Positions 1 through 12,944 of a stretch of DNA of 64,000 nucleotides are shown here, in pieces; the first letter of the stretch is position 1, and each line of letters begins with the position of its first letter. The stretch is from Eledone cirrhosa (Eukaryota), in NCBI GenBank assembly GCA_964016885.1, contig OZ024749.1, positions 55,180,001 to 55,244,000 of the forward strand, given 5' to 3'. The translations under genes were made by a program, and so were the position numbers. The notes beneath the pieces were generated by a model. That model saw only the letters and a program-made list of their open reading frames with translations, was not told the DNA's origin and ran no database searches.

Positions 1-304
1 TTTTTACGCTTAATAAAAACCAACCAATAAAAACATAACAAGATAAACTTGTGTATTAAATTACCCGTTTAACAATTTAACATTATCAAAAAAAATTACC
101 TTGCTAACTTATTTCGTAGTTCTTTAGATATATTTATTATTATTTTATTTATTTTAACCATCACATCATGGAAACGACCATACTGGAGCACCGTCTTCAT
201 TGCGCCTCTAATAGATGTCATAGAATATATAGCAACGGTGATACTTTTATTAGAGAATGGTTTGTTTAGGAAATAGCTCTCCATAGAAACATCGATAGAT
301 AGAT

Positions 305-735
305 GTAGTAGTTGTAGCAGCAGTAGTAGCAGCAGTAGTAGTAGCAGCAGCAGCAGTAGTAGTAGCAGTAGTAGCTGTAGCAGTAGTAGTAACAGTAGTA
401 GCAGCAGTAGTAACAGTAGTAGTAGCAGCAGCAGCAATAGTAGTAGTAGTAGTAGCAGCAGCAGCAGCAATAGTAGTAGTAGTAGCAGCAGCAGCAGTAG
501 TAGTAGTAGTAGTAGTAGCAGCAGCAGCAATAGTAGTAGTAGTAGTAGCAGCAGCAGTAGTAGCAACAGCAGTAGTGGTAGTAGTAGCAGCAGTGGTAGT
601 AGCAACAGCAGCAGTAGTAGTAGCAGCAGTAGTAGTAATAGTAGTAGTAGTTATTATTCTTGATGATGATAATAATGATGAGGATGACGACGACGACTAC
701 TAATATGACAATGGTGGTGGTGATGATGATGATCA
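305..735. repeat. (TAG/CAG)n compound trinucleotide microsatellite followed by (GAT)n
   Basis: Directly visible; explains the poly-L and poly-Y/C ORFs 96..605 and 266..736. Confidence 0.95.
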
Positions 736-2019
736 AAGGTGTGACCTTCCTGTCGTGACCTTCCTGTCTTTTATATTTATTATTTTAGTCCGGATTATTG
801 AATGTGTTCTTTCTTAAATCCGAGACATGATGGCGCTACATAACGGAGATTTAGCTGTTACTTTTAGCGAATCTAAGAACCTTTAGTACACTAAGAGGTC
901 TCGTGTTTAGGTCCGCAATTAGCCAATCATTGTGGACAGCAATCAGTGTCGACTGCCAACAGATTGTGCTTGTGGAGGGTAGAATGTCTCTCGGTGGTCA
1001 CTCAAACTACTAGTAATAGCAGTTAAATCTTCTCTACTAATCCTGCCCTCGTAAATTAGGAAACCATGTTTTATATGATATAGTATCTACATAGTGTTAC
1101 CAAAACGGGGTGGACGGATTGATGGATAGAATGCTCTTCATTATATGTCTACTTGGCCAGGGGCTGCCTGGTACTAAGCAACAACGACGACAACAATAGC
1201 AGCAACAACAAATAGCTAAATGTATTAATACATAAAGGTTATTTTTTATTCCCCACTCAATTACAAGCAAGTAATAAGAGAAACGATACAGTATGAATAC
1301 AAAAAGTAATTAAAGTATGATTATATAAAGATTTGTATTCATAAAAATTTAATTTGTATACAGTATTGAAATAAATACTTCGTATTTGTATAATTTCCTG
1401 ACTGTTCTATTTCTTGGGACTTTGCACCTTGTTGGGTTAATTAGTTTATAGCCAAATTCTCCTTAAAAAGGCGATAACTGAAATTTCTGACAACAAGCCA
1501 TCCATTTGTGCTTTAAGTTTTAATACATCAGCCCATGTAATATTCATAAATGCAAATAGCAAGGAATTTATTATTCATCAATTCAAATTTGAAGATGAAA
1601 AAAAAAGAAGTATAAAAAAAATTATTATTATTTTAATTAAAATTAAAATGGTGTGAGTGGAATCTTTAGATCAACGGACAAAATATTTTGTGATATTTTA
1701 TTATGTTAGTTTAATATCTAAGTTCAAATTCCGCCAGGATCGAGTTTGTAATTTTGAGTCTCTCTTTCTGAAGAAATTGGGTGAAAGAGTGGGCGAGAGG
1801 AAAATATGGATCAACTGTGATACTTCACTGATCTTTTATATATCAAAATAGAAATAATGGAAGTTAAAGGTAATCTCGGAGGGGTTTGAACTCAGAACTC
1901 AAATGGTCACGACAAATATGACAGATACTACAAAGTATGGGTGGTGACCAAAATATTAGACATGATATTATCAGTCAGCACCGTAAGAATTATAGGATAT
2001 GGTATGGACTTACGAAGGA

Positions 2020-2330
2020 ATCGTAGGGGCCCCCCGTATTGACATATGACATTTCTTGAGCATTTCTTTTTTAAACTGGCAGAGCCCATCTCTTCTCCAG
2101 ATCTGAATACAACAGGTTTCTGCCAGAGAATGATAGTGAGAGAGGGAGAATGGGCGTGAGAAATAAATATAGCGGAAGAATCGAGTCCAATACTAGACTG
2201 GTGTGTTTTTTTTATCGACCTCGAATGGATGAAAGGCACAGTTGACCTCGGTGGAATTTGAACGGAGAGAGCGGAGATCCGAAACGTATATCATAAAACA
2301 TTCTACCCGACGTTCTAACGACTTCGAGAA
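2020..2330 (-). mobile_element. tRNA-derived SINE (family S1), long-tail variant
   Basis: Reverse complement of B-box GTTCAAATTCC plus core 'gaggtcaactgtgcctttcatcc..gtcgataaaa'; the extended tail 'aactggcagagccca..' is shared with 31330-31650. Confidence 0.75.
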
Positions 2331-2925
2331 CGATATTACTATCCTTAAACAGATTCAATGTTCCTCAAATAAAAGAAACTAAAGTGAGACAATTTTCTCT
2401 GGCTGCTAGATTTAGGTAACTGGCTCTAGGAATGCATCAGGAACGAGATGCTGACGTTTCATATTGCAAAACAATTACTTATCTTTGGATAGTTTAAACG
2501 TTTCTAACATTCCTGTCAGAGTGATTCATATTCGGACACTCCTTAAACATTACTTCAACAACAATAATAATCATTATGGAAGAGTATTAAATGTTGATAA
2601 GAATTCCGATCTTGTTGCAATTATTTTTGTAGTTATTTGAAAGGGTTTTTTTTTCTTGCCAGAGTGGCTGGTAGGATTGGATCAAGAACGAGGATATCAA
2701 ATTTGCAAAAAAGCAAACCTGTCACTTCCAATCGGACGAATATTTAACTGAATAAGTGTATGCTATCTACTCCCTATTGAAATCCTATGCTATCTTCTTC
2801 CTTTTATTTTTCTTGCTTTATTTATATAAATGCAAGTATGGTGGATAACGTTGGTTAATTATTATAAATGAATAAACTTTCTCTTTGAAAAGACTTATAT
2901 GTCTATATTTAGTTTAACACGAAAC

Positions 2926-3060
2926 ATGATTATCTGAGTCGGCAAACGCTGTAAAATGTATTTAAAATCCAGGTGATCTGATCTAAAAGTGAAATATGAT
3001 TACCTGCGAAGGCAAACGCTGTAGGATAGGTTTTAAATTCTGGAGATCTGAGCAAGTGAC
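2926..3060. repeat. Diverged tandem duplication, about 70 bp x2
   Basis: 'atgatta..ggcaaacgctgta..tttaaa..g.gatctga' occurs twice. Confidence 0.7.
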
Positions 3061-3318
3061 ACAGTATTAATCCTACATTCAGATGTTAACCAATCATGGA
3101 CAATAAAATCTTCAACACTGCCTCTCATTTCTTCATCCTTCTGGGTAAAACATTCTAGGTAAAGATAACGTGTGATTTTAGTTTAAATATATATATGTAT
3201 ATATGTGTGTGTGAGTGTCTATGTGTGTGTGTGTGTGTGCGTGTGTGTGTGTGTATTTTCCAATGTATATATACATACATATATGTGTATATATGCACAC
3301 TAATATATACATATGAAT

Positions 3319-3356
<38 letters not shown>

Positions 3357-3551
3357 TAGCGAGAATCGTATTTCGGCTTTGGAATTAGCGAAAAACAACT
3401 TCCGAGATGTGTGGCAAGCGCTCAATGATTCAGATGAACCAGAGCTACAACATACGTTAAAGGCCAAACACACTGAGACGATGGTTAAACCGTCATCCGC
3501 ACAACCATAGAAACGACCAAGTAATTCGGGTCAAACAAATAAAAAAATATG

Positions 3552-3578
<27 letters not shown>

Positions 3579-3582
<4 letters not shown>

Positions 3583-3666
3583 AATAATAATAAATTTGAA
3601 GACTAAAATCCAAAGAGGGCTCGATAAGGATAAATATATATCAAATATATAAGAACCGTAGAGCAA
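3579..3666 (-). mobile_element. TA-flanked short element, family E terminal fragment
   Basis: 'tagtaataataa..gaagactaaaatcc.aagagggctc.ataa' matches 5861 onward and the reverse complement of 63480-63531. Confidence 0.7.
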
Positions 3667-4036
3667 ATATATATATATATAACTTGATAGATAGATAGAT
3701 AATATATATATACATTAACACACACTTCATACACACTTACTGTTCCTGCTGAAATTATACTTCATCGTTAAAGTGACGAGTTATAATATAGATCACAGTA
3801 CTGGTAGTTAAAATATCGATTTCTTGGTGAATTTATAGTAAAGAGAGAAAATATTTAGAGAAAGATTTTTCATTCACTATACACACATCGACAAACACAC
3901 ACGTACATACATGCATATGCATTCATATATACATACATATACTGATGCTTTCATCCCTACACACACATTCATATATATGTACGTATATGTACATAAACAC
4001 ACATACATATATATATATATGTGTGTGTGTGTGTGC

Positions 4037-4067
<31 letters not shown>

Positions 4068-4153
4068 ATCCTTCAATCTTCAGCTTATGTTATTGTCAGA
4101 ATATTTAAGAATACTGACATTTTTGGATTACCGTTGAAAAATAATGACTACAT

Positions 4154-4224
<71 letters not shown>

Positions 4225-4278
4225 ACCTTCTTTCCATTTCTCCTGTACATAAGTTCTATTTTTCATTGTTTAATTATA

Positions 4279-4440
4279 GGGGCGGTTAATTGGAAGTGTC
4301 GGTAGAATGTTAGACAACATACTTTGCAGCATATAGTTACATCCCTTTACATTCTGGTTTAAAATCTCACCAAGGTTACCTTTGCCTTTCATCCATACAG
4401 AGTCGATAATATAATGTACCAGTAACACAATGGGGGTAAT
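4279..4440 (+). mobile_element. tRNA-derived SINE (family S1)
   Basis: 'ggcggttaattgg..' head and core 'tttgcctttcatcc..gtcgataa..gtaccagta'. Confidence 0.8.
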
Positions 4441-4489
4441 ATGAACACAAGTTGTTTCGTCAAAAGATGTAATATTTCTTTTGCCAATG

Positions 4490-4802
4490 TTTGGTTCAGG
4501 TGTAGTACTTTATTTTATTGAACCCTGGAAAAATAAAATCGAAAGCTGTCCCTTGGGGTTGGGAGTAGATTTGAACTCATAACACAAGAATTCAAGATGA
4601 ACACTTTCAAGGTCTTTCATCCAAAGATGTAACACTTTCGCCAATCATTGGTTCGGGTGTAGTACTTTATTTTATCGAAATTAGGAAAGATGAAAAGCCA
4701 AGTTGACTCCAGTGGGATTTGAACTCAGAACTCTAAAACCTGGATAAAATACCACAAGGAATATCTTTCCAATGTTCTTATTAACTCCGTCGGTTCACCG
4801 CA
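4490..4802 (-). mobile_element. Two tandem SINE S1 copies (minus strand)
   Basis: Two occurrences of 'tactttatttta..tttgaactca..'. Confidence 0.7.
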
Positions 4803-5111
4803 TTTTTTTATTTTGTATTAATTCTCATGAAGAAACACATGAGCAACAATTGAAGTTTCAAAACAAGTAAAAGTATATTGGTAGTAATTTAATAACCCAT
4901 GTTGCAGTTGCTATATATATTTATATATCTATTTATATATCTATTTATATATTTATATATTTATTTTATATATATTTGGTTTCATTTGCCTTATTTTATT
5001 TTATTTTTTTTTGTTTTGTTTTTACCAATTTCGTCTCAGTTCCCTCCCCTTTCACTCAACTTCTCTACAGTACAGTCAGTGAGTCAGTGTGTCGAGGAGG
5101 TATAAAAAAAA

Positions 5112-5198
5112 ATGGTGTCAGAGACAAAGGATTTGCTTGTCTTTATGAAGCATGACCCCGTTCAGTTCGGCCCATTATATTCCATTGTGGCGTTCATT
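5112..5198 (+). CDS. Candidate first coding exon (MVSETKDLLVFMKHDPVQFGPLYSIVAFI), unidentified
   Basis: AAAATGG start context, non-repetitive codons, GTATGT donor at 5199, polypyrimidine tract plus CAG acceptor at 5070; no homology recognised. Confidence 0.3.
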
Positions 5199-5614
5199 GT
5201 ATGTGATTAAATTACTATATTTCTTGCTTTGATTTTCATTATTTGGGGCCAAGTCTCTTCATTCAGACAGCTGCATACATACTGACATATAACACCACAT
5301 ATTCCAGATAGCCGCACTGAATATTATATTATGTTTGTATATGTGTATAAATGTATATGTGTGAATGTATGTATGTATGTATAGAAACATGAACATATAT
5401 ATATATATATGTGTGTGTGTGTATATATATACGCGTACATGTATACAATTCCTATACACATATATGAATAACTATACACTAGAACATGTATTAAATATTA
5501 ATACTCTCCTTTGTGATGCATAAAATTATACATACATACATACATACATACATACATACACATACATACATACTTTCATACATACTTACGAACGAACGCA
5601 TGTAGTTCGTGTAT

Positions 5615-5702
<88 letters not shown>

Positions 5703-5860
5703 TAATTCACACGCACAATCCCACAAGGCATGTAAGTCATATTACCCTACAAACAGTAATGTTAACGAAATGAATAGATATATGATAATGAACAAACATA
5801 CGCCTAACATATATACACCCTCCTGTATATTTCTATCAAATATATATATATATATATATA

Positions 5861-6270
5861 TAGTAATAATAAATGTGAAGACTAAAATCCGAAGAGGGCT
5901 CTATAAAGATTATATGTAAGGGTGAAAGTAGCGATTCTTTGCTCAAACTTTAATCTGTTCTCAAGCGTGAACCTAATACCACACTGTTCGTACTGCATTC
6001 TTTGTTATTGTTTTTTGTTTTTTACTATTCAATATAGAAATGGCTTCTACAGAACTGGAACTGTTTCATTCGAAGGGAATCATCAAGAAATTTATATTTT
6101 AAAGATGCTTCTCTCTAATGTAAATGTAAAGAGAGAGAGAGAGAATTCACAAGAATCAAAGCTATGTTCAAAGCATTTATTCACTTACAATTGTTTCATC
6201 CAAACCTAAGCTTGGAGTTCGGAGCATTTTTCAATGTTTGTACACATAATCGACCTCCTTTCCAACGCAA
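5861..6270 (-). mobile_element. Penelope-like non-autonomous remnant, family E, with hammerhead motif
   Basis: Abuts (TA)n, end shared with 3579 and 63531 copies, hammerhead motif at 6044-6090; right boundary uncertain. Confidence 0.6.
6044..6090 (-). ncRNA. Type-I hammerhead ribozyme motif (C3-to-U variant)
   Basis: Minus strand: tttc-TTGATGA-ttc ccttc gaat-GAAAC-ag ttccagtt ct-GTA-gaag; stems I, II and III all pair. Confidence 0.65.
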
Positions 6271-6520
6271 GAGACATACAGATACATAGGTATATATTGA
6301 TGTACAGTGGAGTGACATATATTATATTATTTCTGTATAGCAATTCAAATTCAAAATCAAAATTAAAACAAAATTAAAATACATTCGGCAGTTAACATAG
6401 ATAATGCAAGAGGATAGTTTGTTAGTCAGATGTAGTAGTTATTGTATGCGTTAGTTACACGTGGGGCATGCACGTGTGTCTCATTTATATATGATTATTG
6501 TGTGGCAGGGTGTTACATGT

Positions 6521-6703
6521 AATACAAGCACTTTACCCGATGGACCATAATGCACCAGAGTACTCAATACTTAGGGTAGTAGAGTGGGAAATAGGAAAAA
6601 GTATGACCCCGACGGCAGAGCTCAAGCCATTTCGACGGCTATTTCTCGACTCAGAAATAGCCGTCGAAACGGCTTTAGCTCTGCCGTCGGAGTCATACTT
6701 TTT

Positions 6704-6708
<5 letters not shown>
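6521..6708 (-). mobile_element. Fold-back element, family B (118-bp hairpin plus one-sided tail)
   Basis: Inverted repeat 6591-6646 / 6653-6708, ends in (TA)n, homologous to 56367-56571. Confidence 0.85.
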
Positions 6709-6755
<47 letters not shown>

Positions 6756-6806
6756 GGTGTACGTGGTTGTTTATATGTATATTATGTGCATATATATACA
6801 TTAAAT

Positions 6807-6878
<72 letters not shown>

Positions 6879-7050
6879 AAAAGCTATTGTCTTTTGGCAT
6901 TGTTATCATAACTCACCATTCTTGCAACTATCTCTGCTGTCAGAGATAGTTCATTCTGGTGACATTTGCCATGTAACTTGTACCGAATACACCGACCTTC
7001 TCTCACTTATTCATGTTGACTTAATCCTCAAGTAAAGATAAAGAGCATAG

Positions 7051-7120
<70 letters not shown>

Positions 7121-7210
7121 ATATACATGTGTGTGGGGGGTGTATATATCATATTAAACACATAGACATATATATATATGTGTGTGTGTGTCTGCATTTA
7201 TGTATACACA

Positions 7211-7253
<43 letters not shown>

Positions 7254-7279
7254 GTGTGTGTGAGTGTGTATATGTGTTA

Positions 7280-7425
7280 GTAGTGCACTTATTTTATCGA
7301 CTTCATAAGGATGAAAGACAAATTTTACTTCGGCTGGATTTGAACTCTGAACGAAAAGGAACGTAACTCTATACCAAGAATCATGTTATCTGATGCTATA
7401 TTGATACTTCGGGCTCTACCAGGTT
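7280..7425 (-). mobile_element. SINE S1
   Basis: 'ttattttatcgac..aaggatgaaag..ggatttgaactc'. Confidence 0.75.
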
Positions 7426-8329
7426 TAAAATGGCCAAGAAACGCCATATGTCAATACGGTGCCTCTATGTCACCTTCGGAATTTACGGGAAAACATGTGA
7501 GGATCTGTGGTTAAACTATATATTCATCTCTCTATGGCCATGAAAGAGAGATTGATCTCATTTAAGTATCTGCTTTTCCACAGCCAGCCTAAAAGTATGT
7601 GTTTACAATCGAACTTTTCCCAGTCAGTTTATCTTATATTTTTATCCTAACGCCATATAGTTTTCGAATTAATAAATCAATATGTGTTGCTAACGATTGC
7701 ACTGATATGCAATTTAAGGAACGGCAATTGAGTTTTATCCAATTTTCCGTATACCATAAATAGCTATAAGCTGCTATTCTCGCTGTGATGAGGAAAATCT
7801 GTAATGGATTTCTGGTGAAGCAGTAAGTTAATAGCGATCGGAATTTTTTTTTTCTAATCAAAAACAAGAAAAGTTGTGATATAACCACAGTCTCCAATTT
7901 CAACTGGAGACGGTTGCTTCTGACCCACTGGATAGGATGTTTGAGGACTGTCCTCCCACGACTCTCCCATGAATAATTGGGCGAAGAAGAAGAAGAAGAA
8001 ATGTGTATAGTTATAAGATATAGCCCTGTGAAGCCACACACATCCCTACTTCTACTAGCAGGGCAATCCCTTACAGCAGCACCCCATCCCATCTATCACA
8101 TCTACCTCCAACATCACCCTGACCTCTGTATCATGATTATCGTCTCATTTCAACCACACCCACCAAAATAATGACAGTGATAAATATTCCAAATAATTGT
8201 TATAGTCATTGATATGTGACTGTGTCTAGTAGAGGTCAGTTCCAGTTCACACAACTCTGCTATGTTCTCGACTTTTACTGAAAGGGTTACACGTAGCTAG
8301 ACCGAATGGCTTCAACCAGTGATTCACAT

Positions 8330-8855
8330 CGTGGTGCACATGCCACATAGGGTGTATGTAGGGGAGGGAGGGGCGCAATTTGTGTGTATGTGGGGGAGGG
8401 AGGGGCGCAATTTGAACATTTAAGGGGTGCAATTTGAAAATGATATTAATGAGAATAAATTTCAGGTTTTATATTATTGTTTTCACACACAGACAACTTT
8501 GTTACATATTACTAACTGAAACTCTTGTCTCCCCTCCTCCACAAATGTTATTGTGCATCTGCACTACCTATACACTACGGCTCACGGTGGAGGGGAGCAA
8601 TTTGAATATTCAAGGGGGGGGGGGCAATTTGAAAATGATGTTAGTGAAAACAAACTTCAGGTTTTACTTTATTACTTTTACACAAGAGCAAATTTGGTAC
8701 ACATTACTGACGGAAGCACCTGTCTCACTTCCTCCACACATGTTATTGTACCTCTGGCACTATCTATGCGCCACGCTCCACAGGAGGGGAGCAATTTGAA
8801 TATTTAAGAGATACAATTCTAAAATGATGTTAATGAAAACAATCTTCAGGTTCTA
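8330..8855. repeat. About 190-bp tandem repeat (about 2.4 copies), possibly MITE-derived
   Basis: 'gcaatttgaa.att.aag..aaaatgat.tta.tga.aa.aa..ttcaggtt' at about 8407, 8597 and 8791; inverted-like ends cgtggtgcaca / tatgcgccacg. Confidence 0.7.
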
Positions 8856-9571
8856 ACCATTTGGGAGTTGTTAGTTCGCTGAAGAGGAGTAATAATTGTT
8901 TCTACGTTTGGCACAAGGCCAGCAATTACCCAGAGGAGTAATAATGGGAGCAGTCATACGATCGCTCGTAATTATCTTCTCTTTTCTGTGGACTATATTG
9001 TCCAGTGCCTTTTATGTTTTTCTGTATTGCAGCTAATAGGATACGATTTGATGGAAATTAGGCTGCTATTTCTATCATATCGAATGACTGTATTGCAGCG
9101 CTTACCATTGATTCATCCATATTGTTTGGGCTTGGTTTGAATCACCAGTGAACCTTCGGAACCCTTTAAGAAAATTTTACAATCTACGTTCGCCTTCTCC
9201 CTACTGTCTTGTATAGAAGGTTCAACGGATATATATATATATAAGAAGCAAATAAAATCACAATATTTCACATCCTCCTTTTATCTGGAAGATCTTGTCA
9301 CCCTGTTACTAATTGGTGCCTATCTTTCTATTATAAAGATAGACGCTACACCAACAAGCTCGATATCGCTACCAAATCTTCCATTTATCTATTTTTTTTG
9401 TCTCTCTCTCTCATTATAAGCATTTACGTTTTGTTGTTAGTTTTTTATTCTTATTATCATATATATATATAAGTATCTGTGTGTATTTGTCTGTATGTCT
9501 CTGTGTATACGTGTGTATGACGGTGTGTGTATACGTGTGTGTGTGTGTGCGATGGGGGGGAGTTGTCTTTT

Positions 9572-9584
9572 CGCCGCCATTTTG
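9572..9584 (-). promoter_or_regulatory. YY1-consensus site (CAAAATGGCGGCG) in a small CpG-rich patch
   Basis: Exact consensus match in a locally GC-rich segment; function untested. Confidence 0.3.
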
Positions 9585-9760
9585 AGGGACGCCGACCGCG
9601 TTCCACTTAAGTGGTCTAGGGTTCTTTTTATCACCTAATCCACTCTTCACCCCCCTCCCCGCTTCACCACTACACTTGTTATCGGCGGAAATATATAATC
9701 ATACACTATATACTTTAAACACAAATACACACACACACACACACATACACACACACATAC

Positions 9761-9845
<85 letters not shown>

Positions 9846-9969
9846 TGTGGTGTGTTTTACTTTTGTTGTTTATACACATACACACTTTCACACACATACT
9901 GATGTTTATCTCTATAAGTGTATAACACATATATGTGTGTGTGTATACGTGTGTATACTTATGTATATT

Positions 9970-10004
<35 letters not shown>

Positions 10005-10569
10005 GCATGTGTGTATCTTTGTGTGTCTGTCTGTGTGTATCTGTGTTGGTGTGTGTGTGCCTGTGTTGGTGTGATGTGTGTGTGTTATCTAACGATTAGT
10101 CGGTGTGACAAACGTAGGAAAGGAGGAACATCTAAACAATATACAGCTACATTCATTATCTGAAGTGATGGACTCGAAGAGTTTAAGAAATTATTCGCCT
10201 CAGTTGGCAAGTGATATCAAAAAGGCACCGACACTTAGAAATACGTAGTTAAACTTACTGATAATCAGAAAACCACACACACACATATATCTATCTGACT
10301 GTCTATCTAACTATCTATCTATCTATCTACCTATCTATTTATCTATATGTCTGTCTATCAACCTTTCTATTTGCCCCTCTATCTATCTATCCATCCATCT
10401 ATCTCCCTATCTATTTGTCTATCTATCTATCTATCCATCTATCTATCTCTCCATCTATACATCTATCTATCTATCTATCTCTCTATCTACATATCTATCT
10501 ATCTACCCACCTATCTATCTCATTCTTTCTTTCTTTAGTTCATCTTTTGTCTGCACGAAGTAATCGATA

Positions 10570-10660
10570 TTATAGATTATTGCCAATGACGCTGAACCTT
10601 AAGATCGAACCCGAACTTCCTAGTTGCGTAGCAAACTTTTTAACAACATAAGCATGTCTG
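10570..10660 (-). mobile_element. tRNA-derived SINE head fragment
   Basis: Minus strand 'gttaaaaagtttgctacgcaac..cgggttcgatc' with A/B-box-like layout. Confidence 0.55.
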
Positions 10661-11157
10661 TACCGAATGGAGCGAGATTTCAACTGAGATTATGACGTTA
10701 CTTTATACAAAGAAATACCAGGTTCTATAGTTTGCTCCTGTAACCTTTTTTCAATGTTTGGTGATCAATGTTTGTGTTGCTCACGAGCGAATCGATAAAT
10801 TCAATACCCAATCAATAATTTCTACTGCAATTTACAGGTTCATGACTTTTTACACACACCAAATGACAGATTACACATGACAAAGTTAAGAAAAGAGGGA
10901 TTAGAGGAAAGAAAAAGAATGAAGAAAATGGATATATATACTCAGGGTAGATATATCAGGGTATATAGACAGATTAAAGGATAAACAGTGGGTTAGCTTG
11001 ATGAATAGTTTGATCGATAAGTATGTTCATTCAGAATCGATCTAGCTATTGGTAGATAATTTGATAGATATATAAATGCGTACGTAGATCAATAGATAGA
11101 TATTACTAGAGAGAGGCAGAGACAAGTCATGCATACATACGTATATATAGAAATAGA

Positions 11158-11199
<42 letters not shown>

Positions 11200-11511
11200 C
11201 GAGAGACAGACAGACAGAAAGACAGCCTGATAGACAAAGAGGGGGGGGGAGAGTGAGAGAGGGAGAGAGAGCGAAACGAGAAAGGGATTAGTGGGTTAAG
11301 ACAAAATAATCAGAGACGTGCCTAGATAAATATATAGAAATATATATATATATATATATATTGTTATACTTTGGGAGGGTCATGTTGCCAATAAGAAACA
11401 CACGCACCAGCTGCTTTCACTTCAATTTATTATAATAAATTTATAAATTTAGGAATTTATAAATTTCCGGTTGGTTGGTTGGTTCCACAACCGGATGATT
11501 GTTTATATATT

Positions 11512-11553
11512 GTCAAAGTTCTTTCGTCACACATTCTGTGACCTCTTCAGTGA
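11512..11553 (-). ncRNA. Inverted copy of the hammerhead motif (stem I shortened)
   Basis: Reverse complement of 11923-11964. Confidence 0.7.
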
Positions 11554-11921
11554 AAGGGTAAATTAGAGAATTAAATTAGAGAACATAGAAATAAAAATAG
11601 AATCTACACACAGAAAAGACGCAATGTTTAGACAAATCACAGAGGCAATAAACATAAATGAACTCCAACCAAAATTAAATAGAAAACATGAATGGAACAG
11701 CAACATCACAGCTTACAATTAAGGACAAAATGAAAACACACACGCACATAGAACAAACAACCAACCAGTAACATGTAAATAAACAAATAAATAAACAAAT
11801 ATAAACACACACAGACACCCGGATGTAACACATGCGCAAACTAAGCACACAACACACACAAAAACAAGATGGCGTAGGACAGAACAAAGGAGAGGCACAA
11901 AAACAAAGAAAAAAATCCCCA

Positions 11922-11964
11922 GTCACTGAAGAGGTCACAGAATGTGTGACGAAAGAACTTTGAC
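11922..11964 (+). ncRNA. Minimal type-I hammerhead ribozyme motif
   Basis: gtca-CTGAAGA-g-gtcaca gaatg tgtgac-GAAA-g aa c-TT-tgac; intact core, 4-bp stem I, 6-bp stem II, very short stem III. Confidence 0.8.
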
Positions 11965-12173
11965 AATATATAAACAATCATCCGGTTGTGGAACCAACCA
12001 ACCAACCGGAAATTTATAAATTCCTAAATTTATAAATTTATTATAATAAATTGAAGTGAAAGCAATGGTGCGTGTGTTTCTTATTGGCAACATGACCCTC
12101 CCAAAGTATAACAATATCGGTTTCAACACACGTTTTCAGATAAAGAATCTTGCTAAACAAATTCAGAAACGAA

Positions 12174-12225
<52 letters not shown>

Positions 12226-12274
12226 CAAATATAGAAGTAGACAGTCAAAGATACTGAGAGCCAAATAGACAAAG

Positions 12275-12371
<97 letters not shown>

Positions 12372-12536
12372 AAGAAAAAGGATGAAGTTTCGTATATATA
12401 TATATTTAGGATTTTATTGTGTACCGATCTGTTACGTACGTTTCGAAACTTAACTGTTTTTCTTAGTATATACACTCAGCCTGTGCATCGACTGCTCTTA
12501 TTAGTTATTCTCTTTACCGCATACACTATATATATG

Positions 12537-12592
<56 letters not shown>

Positions 12593-12944
12593 ATTAAGAA
12601 ATATATGCATATGTATAGGCAATAATAAAATAATTATATAAATATGTTTTAAATGTTTTAACACTAGTTGAAATGTTTTATCTGTTGAAAGCGTTAATTT
12701 ACGGAAGAAAGAATAATATAAGAATTTACATACAAGTCACTTGAACATTGAACGTGTTTTAATTACAACCGAGTAAGTTAAACGAACAATAGATTTATTA
12801 TAATATAACTAATTAAGATTTTAATATGTTCGCTGCTAAACTAAGTTGATGCCTTGGTTATGGTAGAATATTTGCATCACTATGTGTGATAATTGTTAAA
12901 GATTAAAAAATACTTTATTATTAATGAATATTAATGCCAAGTGA

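Larger units (their letters stand above)
11360..12174 (+). mobile_element. Penelope-like non-autonomous element, family A: about 193-bp inverted pLTRs, hammerhead, about 57-nt 3' tail, inserted in (TA)n
   Basis: 11360-11553 is the near-perfect reverse complement of 11923-12116; TA repeats on both sides. Confidence 0.85.
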
